A DNA stretch of 64,000 nucleotides, from NCBI GenBank assembly GCA_964361095.1, contig CAYHZA010000006.1, positions 1,828 to 65,827 on the forward strand, in the 5' to 3' direction. Of this stretch, positions 37,501-45,312 are shown in pieces (the first letter of the stretch is position 1; every line of letters begins with the position of its first letter). A program made the position numbers and the translations under genes. Below the pieces are notes generated by a model, which saw only the letters and a program-made list of their open reading frames with translations, ran no database searches and was not told where the DNA came from. The DNA comes from an uncultured Candidatus Saccharibacteria bacterium. GTDB lineage: Bacteria; Patescibacteriota; Minisyncoccia; UBA6257; 2-01-FULL-56-20.

Positions 37501-38714
37501 CCGTTCTCTTCGATTGGTTGGATAGTGGTTTCGCGCGAAAGTAGAGGCGGCAAATCGTAGTGAACTTCAACTAACATTCCGTCAAGATACGCCTTTGGAA
37601 TTTCGCCGATGGTTGTGGGAATACCCTCGACGCTGATTTGCAAACGCCGCAACTCATCCCATGAGCGCACCGGTAACGTCACCGTATAATTCCGCCAATT
37701 TGATTCGTTGACCTTCGCGAGTTCAACCCACGTCTCACCGTCAAAACTATAGTTAATTTTTAGGAAATTATCGTCAGGTGTAGTGTCATTTATGATGGGT
37801 TCAACTTCAGATTGCGGTGTCGGATTTTCTTTGGTTGAGGATACCATTCCTTCGTCCTTATCTTCTGGCGGCACTATTTTTGTTTCTTCGGAAATGGGAG
37901 ACGAGGATACTTCGGACTGGGGCACTAATTTCTCTTCGCGGTTTTCAAGTTCTTGCGCCAAAACTTGATTCAGAAGCGGGCGAAAAATCGAAAAACTTTT
38001 CCGAAGCGGAAGATGAAGATAACTTTGTGGCGCGCTATTTTCTGCGGGAGGAGCGGGTTCCACAATCTGACTTGTTGTTTGAGCTTCCTCGGTGGGCGGA
38101 GGACTCGGCAACGGCTCCGGAGGAGCAACCTCTTTTTTTAGAGGACCTTCACTTGGAGTTTGGTCAGTACTCGTTGCGATTGGCGGCAGCGGATCATTAC
38201 TTTCCGTCGTAGTTGCCGGCACGGGCAGATCTATGACAGGTTCAGGTGTTGTTGATACGGGAATCGACACGGGAGATGGAGATCCTCCGCCCTGCGACTG
38301 AGATTCTCCAACGTGCCAGACGAGCGTTAGGCCAACATTTTTAATTTCTCCCTCGCCTTCATAATCTTGTGGTACAAAATTGCCGCAAAATATGTTTTTT
38401 GCTTCTTTCGTGTAAATACTTGAATTCGCTTGCGTGAACAGCTGGCCATCGGACCCGAATGTCTCCGGCTGACTTTGCGCGTTTTGCGGATTTTGCCAGT
38501 CGCCAAGACAGGTTTCTGGATAAAAATCGGAAACGTCGGCTCTTATAAAAATACTGTTTAAAACAAAGGGTGAAAATAAAAGTGCCAAAACAATAACCGT
38601 AATCGTAAGAAGCCGAGAGGTATCACTGCGGATTGAGCTTCGAAGGATTTTGAAGCGATGAAAAGAAACACCTAAAAATTTCCCCAAAAAATTCCGTTTG
38701 CGCGAGGAATGCAT
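34527..38714 (-). CDS. Giant (1395 aa) membrane-anchored surface protein: Pro-rich stalk, multiple beta domains, H-x-H motif domain, shared C-terminal domain
   Basis: N-terminal signal-anchor. The central ~450 aa is paralogous to the 594-aa protein (WDGATIPNGWTCISC.., spaced HTHTW / HLHDH / SHTHS motifs). Confidence 0.6.
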   Translation of the reverse strand: MHSSRKRNFLGKFLGVSFHRFKILRSSIRSDTSRLLTITVIVLALLFSPFVLNSIFIRADVSDFYPETCLGDWQNPQNAQSQPETFGSDGQLFTQANSSIYTKEAKNIFCGNFVPQDYEGEGEIKNVGLTLVWHVGESQSQGGGSPSPVSIPVSTTPEPVIDLPVPATTTESNDPLPPIATSTDQTPSEGPLKKEVAPPEPLPSPPPTEEAQTTSQIVEPAPPAENSAPQSYLHLPLRKSFSIFRPLLNQVLAQELENREEKLVPQSEVSSSPISEETKIVPPEDKDEGMVSSTKENPTPQSEVEPIINDTTPDDNFLKINYSFDGETWVELAKVNESNWRNYTVTLPVRSWDELRRLQISVEGIPTTIGEIPKAYLDGMLVEVHYDLPPLLSRETTIQPIEENGSLENTPRIITLPDGKKPLPTRPNQKDFGPSETPSFDLNLDDLPIPSSTIQSSFSPPAQSQGPASYARPQKSHFAWLGFFLNLFRNSAEAQSNLSPGNLPTLSNPIIARIIGPDGKETNIEPILLNVNNQLRISIPEPEREFHPGRYTLRLWILKNSVIYFTENDFTWGVLAVNFNKSIYAIGDTARIGFGVLDDQGHTICNANIETQIKAPSGRTIFLSTANKKIKRNLSCGPETVTNEPDYSASIKADESGTYEVSVSARTPNGGRTITDIFRVEQAPRFSVERIGPTRIFPPAIYKMTMHIVANEDYAGEIREIVPLSFNITNELNSKKENRIHDQTITWNVNVKAGESAELNYFFKAPNVSPELYKLGALEIGSWQESRKWQIAADAAGEVILLWDGATIPNGWTCISCVATDPFFGVFPRASSTYGSASSSADNVTHTLTFSSYTQGTGIGINTAAIGTFSATEAHTHTWGNPTLASEDIRPIFGNLKFISAATTTLPNGTIGIFDVAVASLPSGWSSYSAFNGDGISPLNVQRYLRGDADGLTGGASTHNPTTTAALTSGASAGRLDDSGNGKNTDPHLHDHTIPAASTIGADNNTPPFITVVFAQLGATSSIPDGLIALFDNASLPSNWSIVSTSGSAYAGKFLKGASSFGSTGGSSTHNHTASTTFANIASNSGNAVNKSGTAANAADTSHTHSVTYTVSSATSLPVYRDVILGKYTAPAGGSAPTVSGVTINSSTAIILTPAATTTIIARASTSDPDGAGDIRYATSTIYRSGAGGTANCPANNSNCYQLASSSCSFTDSTSTVSCSAEIYYFADATDASSSYSGENWLARITVTDASSNATASTTASGVEMSTLLAIDVTTSSINYGSLTPSSTTGGTNQILSIKNVGNSSSTLKISGTALTLGSNSIATSSQHYATSTFTFGGFEQVLSSAATAVSGFLLTSPTSTNTVSSPTYWGIEVSTGKATGTYTGVNTFTAVFSP

Positions 38715-38797
38715 CTTTTATATTTTAGCATTTTTTGAAGCAAAAAAAACGCCGATTGCTGTTCATAAACCGCAGAAAAGGCGGGGGGCGCCTATCG

Positions 38798-39331
38798 TTA
38801 TGCTATCCAGTAGAACATAAGGACTGACACATCGGGGAAATCAACCGTTTTATTTCCGTTCAAATCATACCTCGAAATTTTAGGCCCAAATTCTTCGTAG
38901 TAAAAAAGCATAATAGAGAGATCCACGATATTACACCGCCCATCGTCATTAAAATCGCATTTCTTTATTATCTCCGGAGTTATTACCGGTTTCTGGGCTT
39001 TCGGAGGAATTCCACCTCCGCCGGTCGGTGGAACTTGAACAGTTCCTCCCGATGGCGGCGGAGCCGGCGGAGTTAGAGGAGTAGCCGGTGTCACGGCCGG
39101 AAAATTTAAAAAGCCACCACGCAAGACGAAGGACGTGCTCGTGGAAATTCCGGTTCCCGGCTGGCCGATGCTTGTACGCAAATTAAACCCGCTTGAAGTT
39201 GCGCCGCTTCCGCCCACGTCAATAACTCCCGCTTCTATTTTAAAATTTGTCGAAGTCGCGGAATCGGCAAGGACTAAAAACGGGAGGCCAAGCAGAAAAC
39301 CGATTATAAAGACGGTAATTCCTTTTTCCAC
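38798..39331 (-). CDS. Small secreted protein with Pro/Gly linker and C-terminal dockerin
   Basis: DFNDDGRCNIVDLSIMLFYY and DLNGNKTVDFPDVSVLMFYW repeats; linker PPAPPPSGGTVQVPPTGGGG. Confidence 0.6.
   Translation of the reverse strand: MEKGITVFIIGFLLGLPFLVLADSATSTNFKIEAGVIDVGGSGATSSGFNLRTSIGQPGTGISTSTSFVLRGGFLNFPAVTPATPLTPPAPPPSGGTVQVPPTGGGGIPPKAQKPVITPEIIKKCDFNDDGRCNIVDLSIMLFYYEEFGPKISRYDLNGNKTVDFPDVSVLMFYWIA
39015..39070. repeat. Second copy of the ~56-bp linker-encoding DNA repeat (see 31741-31796)
   Basis: Sequence comparison by eye. Confidence 0.6.
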
Positions 39332-39337
39332 CGTTTC

Positions 39338-39820
39338 TTATTCGCCATTTTGGCTTAAGAAATTTTTTATCGATTGCACTACTTGTGAATTATCCTTGAG
39401 ATTCTCCCAGAATATAATGGCGCTTCTTGGTACATACATCATATCCTCTGGCCCGTGCAGTTCGCTTCCCAGTTTTACCAAACTTAAATCGGGAACTGCT
39501 CCCCCGCCCTGCTGGAGCGCTTGGCTCGCCCGCAAGTAAAAAATATTCTCAAGGGCGACATATTCCTTGGTTACTTCTTTAAGGTTTCCGAAATATACCT
39601 GATCGTTATTTAAAAAGACCGCCTGCCATTTGTTTTCGTCAATCTTTGGAAAAGTTTTTACGAGAAAGAAAAGGTCTCCAACTTGAAGAATAAGAATAAG
39701 GAGTAGCAAAATAAATACAGCTCCAAAACCCTTTTTGGATCGAGATCGTTCGCCCTCCGGCGCCCCTGCGTTCATAAGATCTTCTGGAGAATTTTTTCTA
39801 AGGTTATTAATGCTATTCAT
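39338..39820 (-). CDS. Membrane-anchored hypothetical protein
   Basis: Charged N-terminus, one TM helix, and a ~110-aa extracytoplasmic domain. Confidence 0.45.
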   Translation of the reverse strand: MNSINNLRKNSPEDLMNAGAPEGERSRSKKGFGAVFILLLLILILQVGDLFFLVKTFPKIDENKWQAVFLNNDQVYFGNLKEVTKEYVALENIFYLRASQALQQGGGAVPDLSLVKLGSELHGPEDMMYVPRSAIIFWENLKDNSQVVQSIKNFLSQNGE

Positions 39821-39858
39821 ACAATTAATATTATCACATCGCCCCGCGCCTGTCAGAC

Positions 39859-42800
39859 CTATGGAGCAGGCGAAAATTCGCCCGGAGATTGTGGAATGTC
39901 CCCTGGCTCGGTAGGTAATTCCTCGGGAACCACTCTCAGGCTTGGATGAAGTATTGGAGATTCCACAGGTGGGGTTGAAGAAGGAGTGGAAGTGGAAGTG
40001 GAAGTGGAAGTCGATATCGGATCTTCGCCTGCAGGATTTTCGCCCTGTGTTTCTCCGTCATTATTGTGAGCATTTTCTGAATTCGATCCGCATACGCCCG
40101 GAAGCGTCTTCAAAATCCCGTCTTCAACCTGAACGCAATATGGATTCTTTGTTTGTACATCGAAGATCGTAAAACCAACAGGCGTCTCGGGAGAACCGAT
40201 TGTCAGTTTCTCTACCGTAAGTTCGCGCATTGAATAAGCCATTAAAGGATCAAGGTTGTAGTTATTAATAATTGAGGTGTTGATCCCTCCCTGTCCGTAA
40301 CCCACATATCCCTGGAGATTACTTCCACCGAGGACGTTTGTTTTCCATTGGGGACTCATAAATGCGAGCACTCTACCTGTGTCGGCGATCGATGTTCCCC
40401 TAAAAGCTTCCATTGCGATCGCGACAACCTTTCCGGAATTCGTTGCTTTCATCGCATAGCCCAGCGTGTCCGACGAAGTCAAATAATCACCCGGCTCAAT
40501 CGGCCCGTTCTGCCCAGTCACTTTTACCGGCAAACGCCCCGCGAGCGCCATGATGATAGAGCCGCGCCCGTCATCACCGCCGCCCGCGACAAGGCCTGCC
40601 GTTTCCGTTACCACTCCCACAAGTTTTTGATCGTACGCCACTCTCGATTTTTCAAATTTCCCCGGTTTCGCAACCGATATGGAAAGGAGGTCTCCCGCCC
40701 CGTAATCTTCGGCGGGACCAACGACTTGGACGAATTCGCCAATGTCCGCCTGCCCTCCATAGATCGAACCGCGCGCGATAATTGAGTTCGCGGTGGTTGA
40801 GCCGTCGGCAGAGGCAAAAAATGCGACAGTGTCCGTTGTGCTTGCGGCCGTCGGCACTGTGCAGTTATTTTTTGCGCAAACTGTAAGCGTGCTTGTTGCG
40901 CTAAATTGCGTCGAAGTTGCAATAGCGATAGTACCCGAGGCGATAACAACCACAGAACTCGACGCCGTAGAACTCCCCACAATAAGCGACGTTCCGAAAT
41001 ATCCCGTGCGAAAGATTCTACCCACCGTTCCAAGGTCAAAAGCATTCGTAAACGAAGGAACGGTATCCAAACTTGTCGAGGAAAGCCGAAGCGTTGAGGT
41101 GTTGTTGATTCCGAAAATAAGCGTAGAGGACGCTACATTCGTCCCCGAACCTCCTTGCGCGATAAAGTTTCCTCCCTTCGTAAACCCAAGAGAATCAGTC
41201 GCTCCCATCGCGCCGCCAAAGGTCAATTTCGGGCCGACATTCGCGGTATTCGCCGCGTTCGAGATAAACATCGTTCCCGCCCTGCCGAGAATCAAGTCCG
41301 CGGTGTTTGTCGCGTTGTAACTCGGAGTGATTTGCGCGCCGATTGCGTTCATAGATTTGACCGGTGATGTTTGGAGGTTTCCACTAAGCTGTAACCCCCG
41401 TAGTGTTCCCCAAGCCGCGCTTGAGGCGTGGATTGACGTAAGCCCCGTCCCTTTGAAAAGGGAAAACGAAGAAAACGAACCGAGAAGCGGCGAGGAGTTT
41501 GGATTCCCCGAAATAGATACTTCGTGTCCGGTAAAAGTACCCGCTACGCCTGTTCCGCCTCCATCGGTGGACTCAAAACCATCAACGAATATAAGCCCAT
41601 AGTTTCCCCCGGTGATGACAGCGCTTGCTCCTATATCCGTGTCAAGCGTCGCGTAAAGTCTAATCCCATTACTCCACCCGCCCTCTGTATCTGAATAATC
41701 TTCACCAATGGCTAAAATCGTTCCGTTCGGGTTGGGTTGGTTCCCAGAAAGAGATGAACCTTTGCCGATAAGCAACCTGCCATTCACTACCGCTCCCTGT
41801 GTAGAGCCGGAAGGGTATGAGGGATAAAGTTGTAAAATCGTAGTCCCCGAAGCGTCTTTGAGGTTCAATCTTCCGAATACCTGCGAAGAACTGCTCCTTG
41901 ACCACTGGAGAGAGTCATCAGCTCCGTTAGTCGTGAAGGTCAGCGTATCTCCGAAAATAGTCGAGGTGGAGGTGAGATACGCAAGATTTGCCGCGAGCGT
42001 ACCCGTAAGCGTAGTCGTCGCTCCCGTAATCGTGGAAAGAGTGGAAGCTCCAGAAATATTCAGCGACGCTCCTTGAAGAAAGCCGCTTGCGGTAAAATTG
42101 GTCGAGGAAACATTTGCGAGCGTGGATTGGCCGGAAATATTGAGGGACGTGCCCTGTAGATACCCCGAGGCAGTAAGATTTGTTCCGGAAGCATTTGTGA
42201 ATCCCATGGTCGGAAATATTCCATAGCCCGATGCGGTGATATTTGTTGAGGAAACCGCCGCAAGAGTTGACTGTCCGGAGACATTAAGCGCCGCTCCCTG
42301 GAGGTAACCAGAAACAGTAAGGTTGGTTCCTGATGCGTTCGTGAAATTCAAGGTTGGGAAAGTGCCGTAGCCGGTAACGGAAATGTTGGTAGACGAAACA
42401 TTGGTGAGCGCGGCGTTCGTGGAGTTCAAAGTCGGAAATGTCCCGTAGCCAAAGACGGTAATATTGGTCGAAGAGACGTTCGTCGAGGAAACAGTAGTAA
42501 GGGCAAGAGACGTTCCCGTAGCGTTCGTGAACGTAATCCCGCTTAACGTCGTGATCCCTCCGACATTTAATGTGTTTGAAAACACAACGGCACCCGCGAA
42601 TGTGGAACTCCCATTCGGAAGATTAATGCCGCCCGACGGATCGAGCTGTAGCACATTATTCGCCGAAGTCCCCGCATGCGCTCCGTCAACTGTGTCGGCG
42701 TTAATCGCGAATCCGGAAGCAACAATTGACTGGCGGGGGGTAAGCGTCTCGAACGCCGCCGTGCTCGTACTATAGACTTCAATTTGAAGGTAATAAATCG

Positions 42801-43155
42801 AGGAGGTATTGAAATCCAAATTCAGCGCCGAAAACCCCTGGTTCGTATCGCCAATCCGAGCGTCGAACACCCCGCTTGTTATCTTGTGCGTGGTCGAAGC
42901 GGGCGCGCTCGCGGGCCAAAGCCGGGTTCCCAATCCCACAGTTGAAGTGCTCCAAATGGAAAACTTGAAATCAAAGTTTGTCCCTGCTGAACTTCCTTGG
43001 AGATTCCCGCTCGCATCCTCAAGCCTGCCCTGATAATTGATGATCTGCGGCACTGCTGCATATGCGCGAACAAAGAACGCCAACGCAGCAAATGCAAATG
43101 CAAAAGAAAGTAACTGAAAAAATGGCCTGTCCTTGAAACGTGCCATAAAGTTCAT
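39859..43155 (-). CDS. Giant (1098 aa) secreted Thr/Ser/Asn-rich repeat protein (fibre/adhesin-like)
   Basis: Signal peptide; ~15 degenerate tandem repeats of the form TNxSxTNxTxSGY..; C-terminal STSTSTSTPSSTPP Pro-rich tail. Confidence 0.6.
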   Translation of the reverse strand: MNFMARFKDRPFFQLLSFAFAFAALAFFVRAYAAVPQIINYQGRLEDASGNLQGSSAGTNFDFKFSIWSTSTVGLGTRLWPASAPASTTHKITSGVFDARIGDTNQGFSALNLDFNTSSIYYLQIEVYSTSTAAFETLTPRQSIVASGFAINADTVDGAHAGTSANNVLQLDPSGGINLPNGSSTFAGAVVFSNTLNVGGITTLSGITFTNATGTSLALTTVSSTNVSSTNITVFGYGTFPTLNSTNAALTNVSSTNISVTGYGTFPTLNFTNASGTNLTVSGYLQGAALNVSGQSTLAAVSSTNITASGYGIFPTMGFTNASGTNLTASGYLQGTSLNISGQSTLANVSSTNFTASGFLQGASLNISGASTLSTITGATTTLTGTLAANLAYLTSTSTIFGDTLTFTTNGADDSLQWSRSSSSQVFGRLNLKDASGTTILQLYPSYPSGSTQGAVVNGRLLIGKGSSLSGNQPNPNGTILAIGEDYSDTEGGWSNGIRLYATLDTDIGASAVITGGNYGLIFVDGFESTDGGGTGVAGTFTGHEVSISGNPNSSPLLGSFSSFSLFKGTGLTSIHASSAAWGTLRGLQLSGNLQTSPVKSMNAIGAQITPSYNATNTADLILGRAGTMFISNAANTANVGPKLTFGGAMGATDSLGFTKGGNFIAQGGSGTNVASSTLIFGINNTSTLRLSSTSLDTVPSFTNAFDLGTVGRIFRTGYFGTSLIVGSSTASSSVVVIASGTIAIATSTQFSATSTLTVCAKNNCTVPTAASTTDTVAFFASADGSTTANSIIARGSIYGGQADIGEFVQVVGPAEDYGAGDLLSISVAKPGKFEKSRVAYDQKLVGVVTETAGLVAGGGDDGRGSIIMALAGRLPVKVTGQNGPIEPGDYLTSSDTLGYAMKATNSGKVVAIAMEAFRGTSIADTGRVLAFMSPQWKTNVLGGSNLQGYVGYGQGGINTSIINNYNLDPLMAYSMRELTVEKLTIGSPETPVGFTIFDVQTKNPYCVQVEDGILKTLPGVCGSNSENAHNNDGETQGENPAGEDPISTSTSTSTSTPSSTPPVESPILHPSLRVVPEELPTEPGDIPQSPGEFSPAP
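41955..42545. repeat. Degenerate tandem coding repeats (period ~39 nt/13 aa, with a higher-order ~117 nt unit) inside the 1098-aa gene
   Basis: Repeated ..SSTNITASGYG.FPT..FTNASGTNLT.SGYLQG..LN.SGQSTLA.V.. units in the translation. Confidence 0.55.
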
Positions 43156-43304
43156 CTATTTTATTATATATTAACACGCGAAAAACTGTGGCGGAAGGGT
43201 GTGCATAAATCAAGCCGCATAGCAGTAATTAGCAGTTAGAACTTAGCCAGTAGAAAACTCGGAAATTTATTTGATCTACGCCCCCTCAACTAAGGTGAGA
43301 TACT

Positions 43305-43366
43305 TTCTTAATTTTCATTAGGCCTTTTGCCTGCCTGCCGGTAGGCAGGGCTATGAAAATTAAGAA
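43305..43366. other. Two-tier hairpin (14-bp perfect outer stem TTCTTAATTTTCAT/ATGAAAATTAAGAA enclosing a GC-rich inner stem) between the 594-aa and 1098-aa genes
   Basis: Read directly from the sequence; there is no adjacent U-tract. Confidence 0.45.
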
Positions 43367-43481
43367 ATACATCGAACCATTATTATTGGCTACTATCTAC
43401 TTTTATTTGACTTTTTATTTTTTGGCATTTTTTAGAGATTAAAAAACCGGCAGATGTGAATAAAATCAATTTTCTTGCTCT

Positions 43482-45266
43482 TTAGCCCCCCGCGATCTGT
43501 TTTAAGAGCGATGAAAGGAAAGTATTTATGATTTCGAGAAGTTTAATATAGAATTGCTGAATTTTATCTTCAAATTGTCGGTATTCGGTAGGAGAAAGAA
43601 TTTTTGCTGATCCCGGAGTTGAATTTATGGGTAAGGGAATTTCATTCGAGATTTCTGGTGGTCGTGGTGATACCGGCGAAAGAGAGCCTCCATACGAAGC
43701 CGGTACGCCGATGGGAATTGTCGCAGGTGTCGGAGCTGGCGTTGGAGATGAAATGGTGTTTACTTCAACGCCGGATACCGTAGTTGAACCGTATATATTC
43801 CCGGCACTGTCGGTTACTGTTATAGTCGCAAGCCAATTTTCCGAAGAAAAATTTGAACTCGCATCGGTCGCTTGTGTCGTATCGTCAAAACTCGCGGTAC
43901 AGCGCACCGTACTCGTGGAATCGGTGAACGCGCAGCTTGAGCTCGCGAGTTGATAACAATTTAAATTACTCGCCGCGCATGTTGCGCCGACAGCCGATCG
44001 ATATATAGTAGAGGTGGCATAACGTATATCCTCCACTCCATCGGGGTCGCTTGACGATGCACTTACGGTAACGGTGGTGGTCGCGTTGGAAGTTAAATTG
44101 ATATCTTGCCCACTATTCAAAAGAACACCGGAAACTGTTGGATCTTGATTCGTATATTGTCCTAAAATCACGTCGCGATATACGGGAAAAGAATTTTCCG
44201 CGCTGCTTGAAATGGCATAGGTCGCGCTATGGGTATGCGACCCAATGGCGGCGTTTACGTCGAATGTATCTTGTATCACATTCGTGGTAGCGCTTGGCAA
44301 GCCGCTTGTGATCGCAGTGCTCGTGTTGTGGCTGTGACTGCTTGATCCGGCAATTGTCCCGAACGCATTCGATCCTTTTAAAAGCCTTCCGGCGTACGCG
44401 CTCCCAGAAGTTGAAACTATGCTCCAGCCCCCGGGCAACGACGAGTTATCGAAGAGCGCGATCATCCCATTGGCGGGCGTTGATGTTGTTCCCAGCTGAG
44501 CGAACACAACCTCGATCGAAGGCGGCGCGTTGCTGCTTTCCGTAAGGCTCCCGGAAATCAGTATGTGTGTATGCGAAGTCGTGCCAATGTTCGCATTCGT
44601 AAGGGTAGTGTTGGTGCCCTCGCTTCCGACTGCCGATCCCGAAGTGACCGCGCCGCGAGAATGGGTATGCGTTGAAGCGCCTCCTGTCGAGGTCGTTTGT
44701 GCGCCTCGCAAGAAGTTTCCGTTCAGTGCGGAATAGTACGACCAATTTGTCGGCAACGAGCTCGTGTTTGATACGTTAAAGATCCCTATGACTCCGTTGG
44801 GCAATGTGGTTGTCGCCGCCTGGATGAATTTGAGATTTTTAAAAGGCGGCCGCACATCGCCGGTTCCTATCGAGGGGCTGCTCCAAGTGTGTGTATGGAA
44901 TCCACTCGCTACGTTCACCTGAGAATCGGTTGAGATCTGAGTGGTGCCACCGAAATCAGCGCTTGAGAAGGTAAGCGTATGGGTTACCGTATCGGTTCCC
45001 GAAGAAGCATTCGCGTATGAAGAACTTGCGCGAGGAAATACACCGAAAAACGCATCTGTGGCTGAGCAGGAAATACACGTCCAGCCAGTGGGAATAACAT
45101 CCCCTTCCCACATGAGAATAAGGTCCCCTGCGGAACCATGCGCCTCTTGGGGAGGCGACTGGATAGGAAGCTTATTGTCTTTCTGATAGAAAAAGAACGC
45201 AGCAGACGCAAAAACGAAAATAAAAATCAGGAAAAGAGCGGCATGGAAAAATCTTCTTGATTTCAT
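43482..45266 (-). CDS. Secreted 594-aa protein paralogous to the central and C-terminal regions of the 1395-aa protein (H-x-H motif family)
   Basis: Signal-anchor, LILMWEGDVIPTGWTCISC.., and five spaced motifs (HTHTW, STHTHS, SHTHIL, SHSHNT, SHTHSA). Confidence 0.6.
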   Translation of the reverse strand: MKSRRFFHAALFLIFIFVFASAAFFFYQKDNKLPIQSPPQEAHGSAGDLILMWEGDVIPTGWTCISCSATDAFFGVFPRASSSYANASSGTDTVTHTLTFSSADFGGTTQISTDSQVNVASGFHTHTWSSPSIGTGDVRPPFKNLKFIQAATTTLPNGVIGIFNVSNTSSLPTNWSYYSALNGNFLRGAQTTSTGGASTHTHSRGAVTSGSAVGSEGTNTTLTNANIGTTSHTHILISGSLTESSNAPPSIEVVFAQLGTTSTPANGMIALFDNSSLPGGWSIVSTSGSAYAGRLLKGSNAFGTIAGSSSHSHNTSTAITSGLPSATTNVIQDTFDVNAAIGSHTHSATYAISSSAENSFPVYRDVILGQYTNQDPTVSGVLLNSGQDINLTSNATTTVTVSASSSDPDGVEDIRYATSTIYRSAVGATCAASNLNCYQLASSSCAFTDSTSTVRCTASFDDTTQATDASSNFSSENWLATITVTDSAGNIYGSTTVSGVEVNTISSPTPAPTPATIPIGVPASYGGSLSPVSPRPPEISNEIPLPINSTPGSAKILSPTEYRQFEDKIQQFYIKLLEIINTFLSSLLKQIAGG

Positions 45267-45312
45267 AAGGTAAGAAAAAAATCCTACTCTAAGTATAGCA
45301 AAAACAATAAAC

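Noticed and set aside
41955-42545. Possible CRISPR array suggested by regular repeats
   Set aside because: The repeats are degenerate, lie within a long open reading frame, and encode Ser/Thr/Asn-rich protein repeats. There are no conserved direct repeats with unique spacers and no cas genes.
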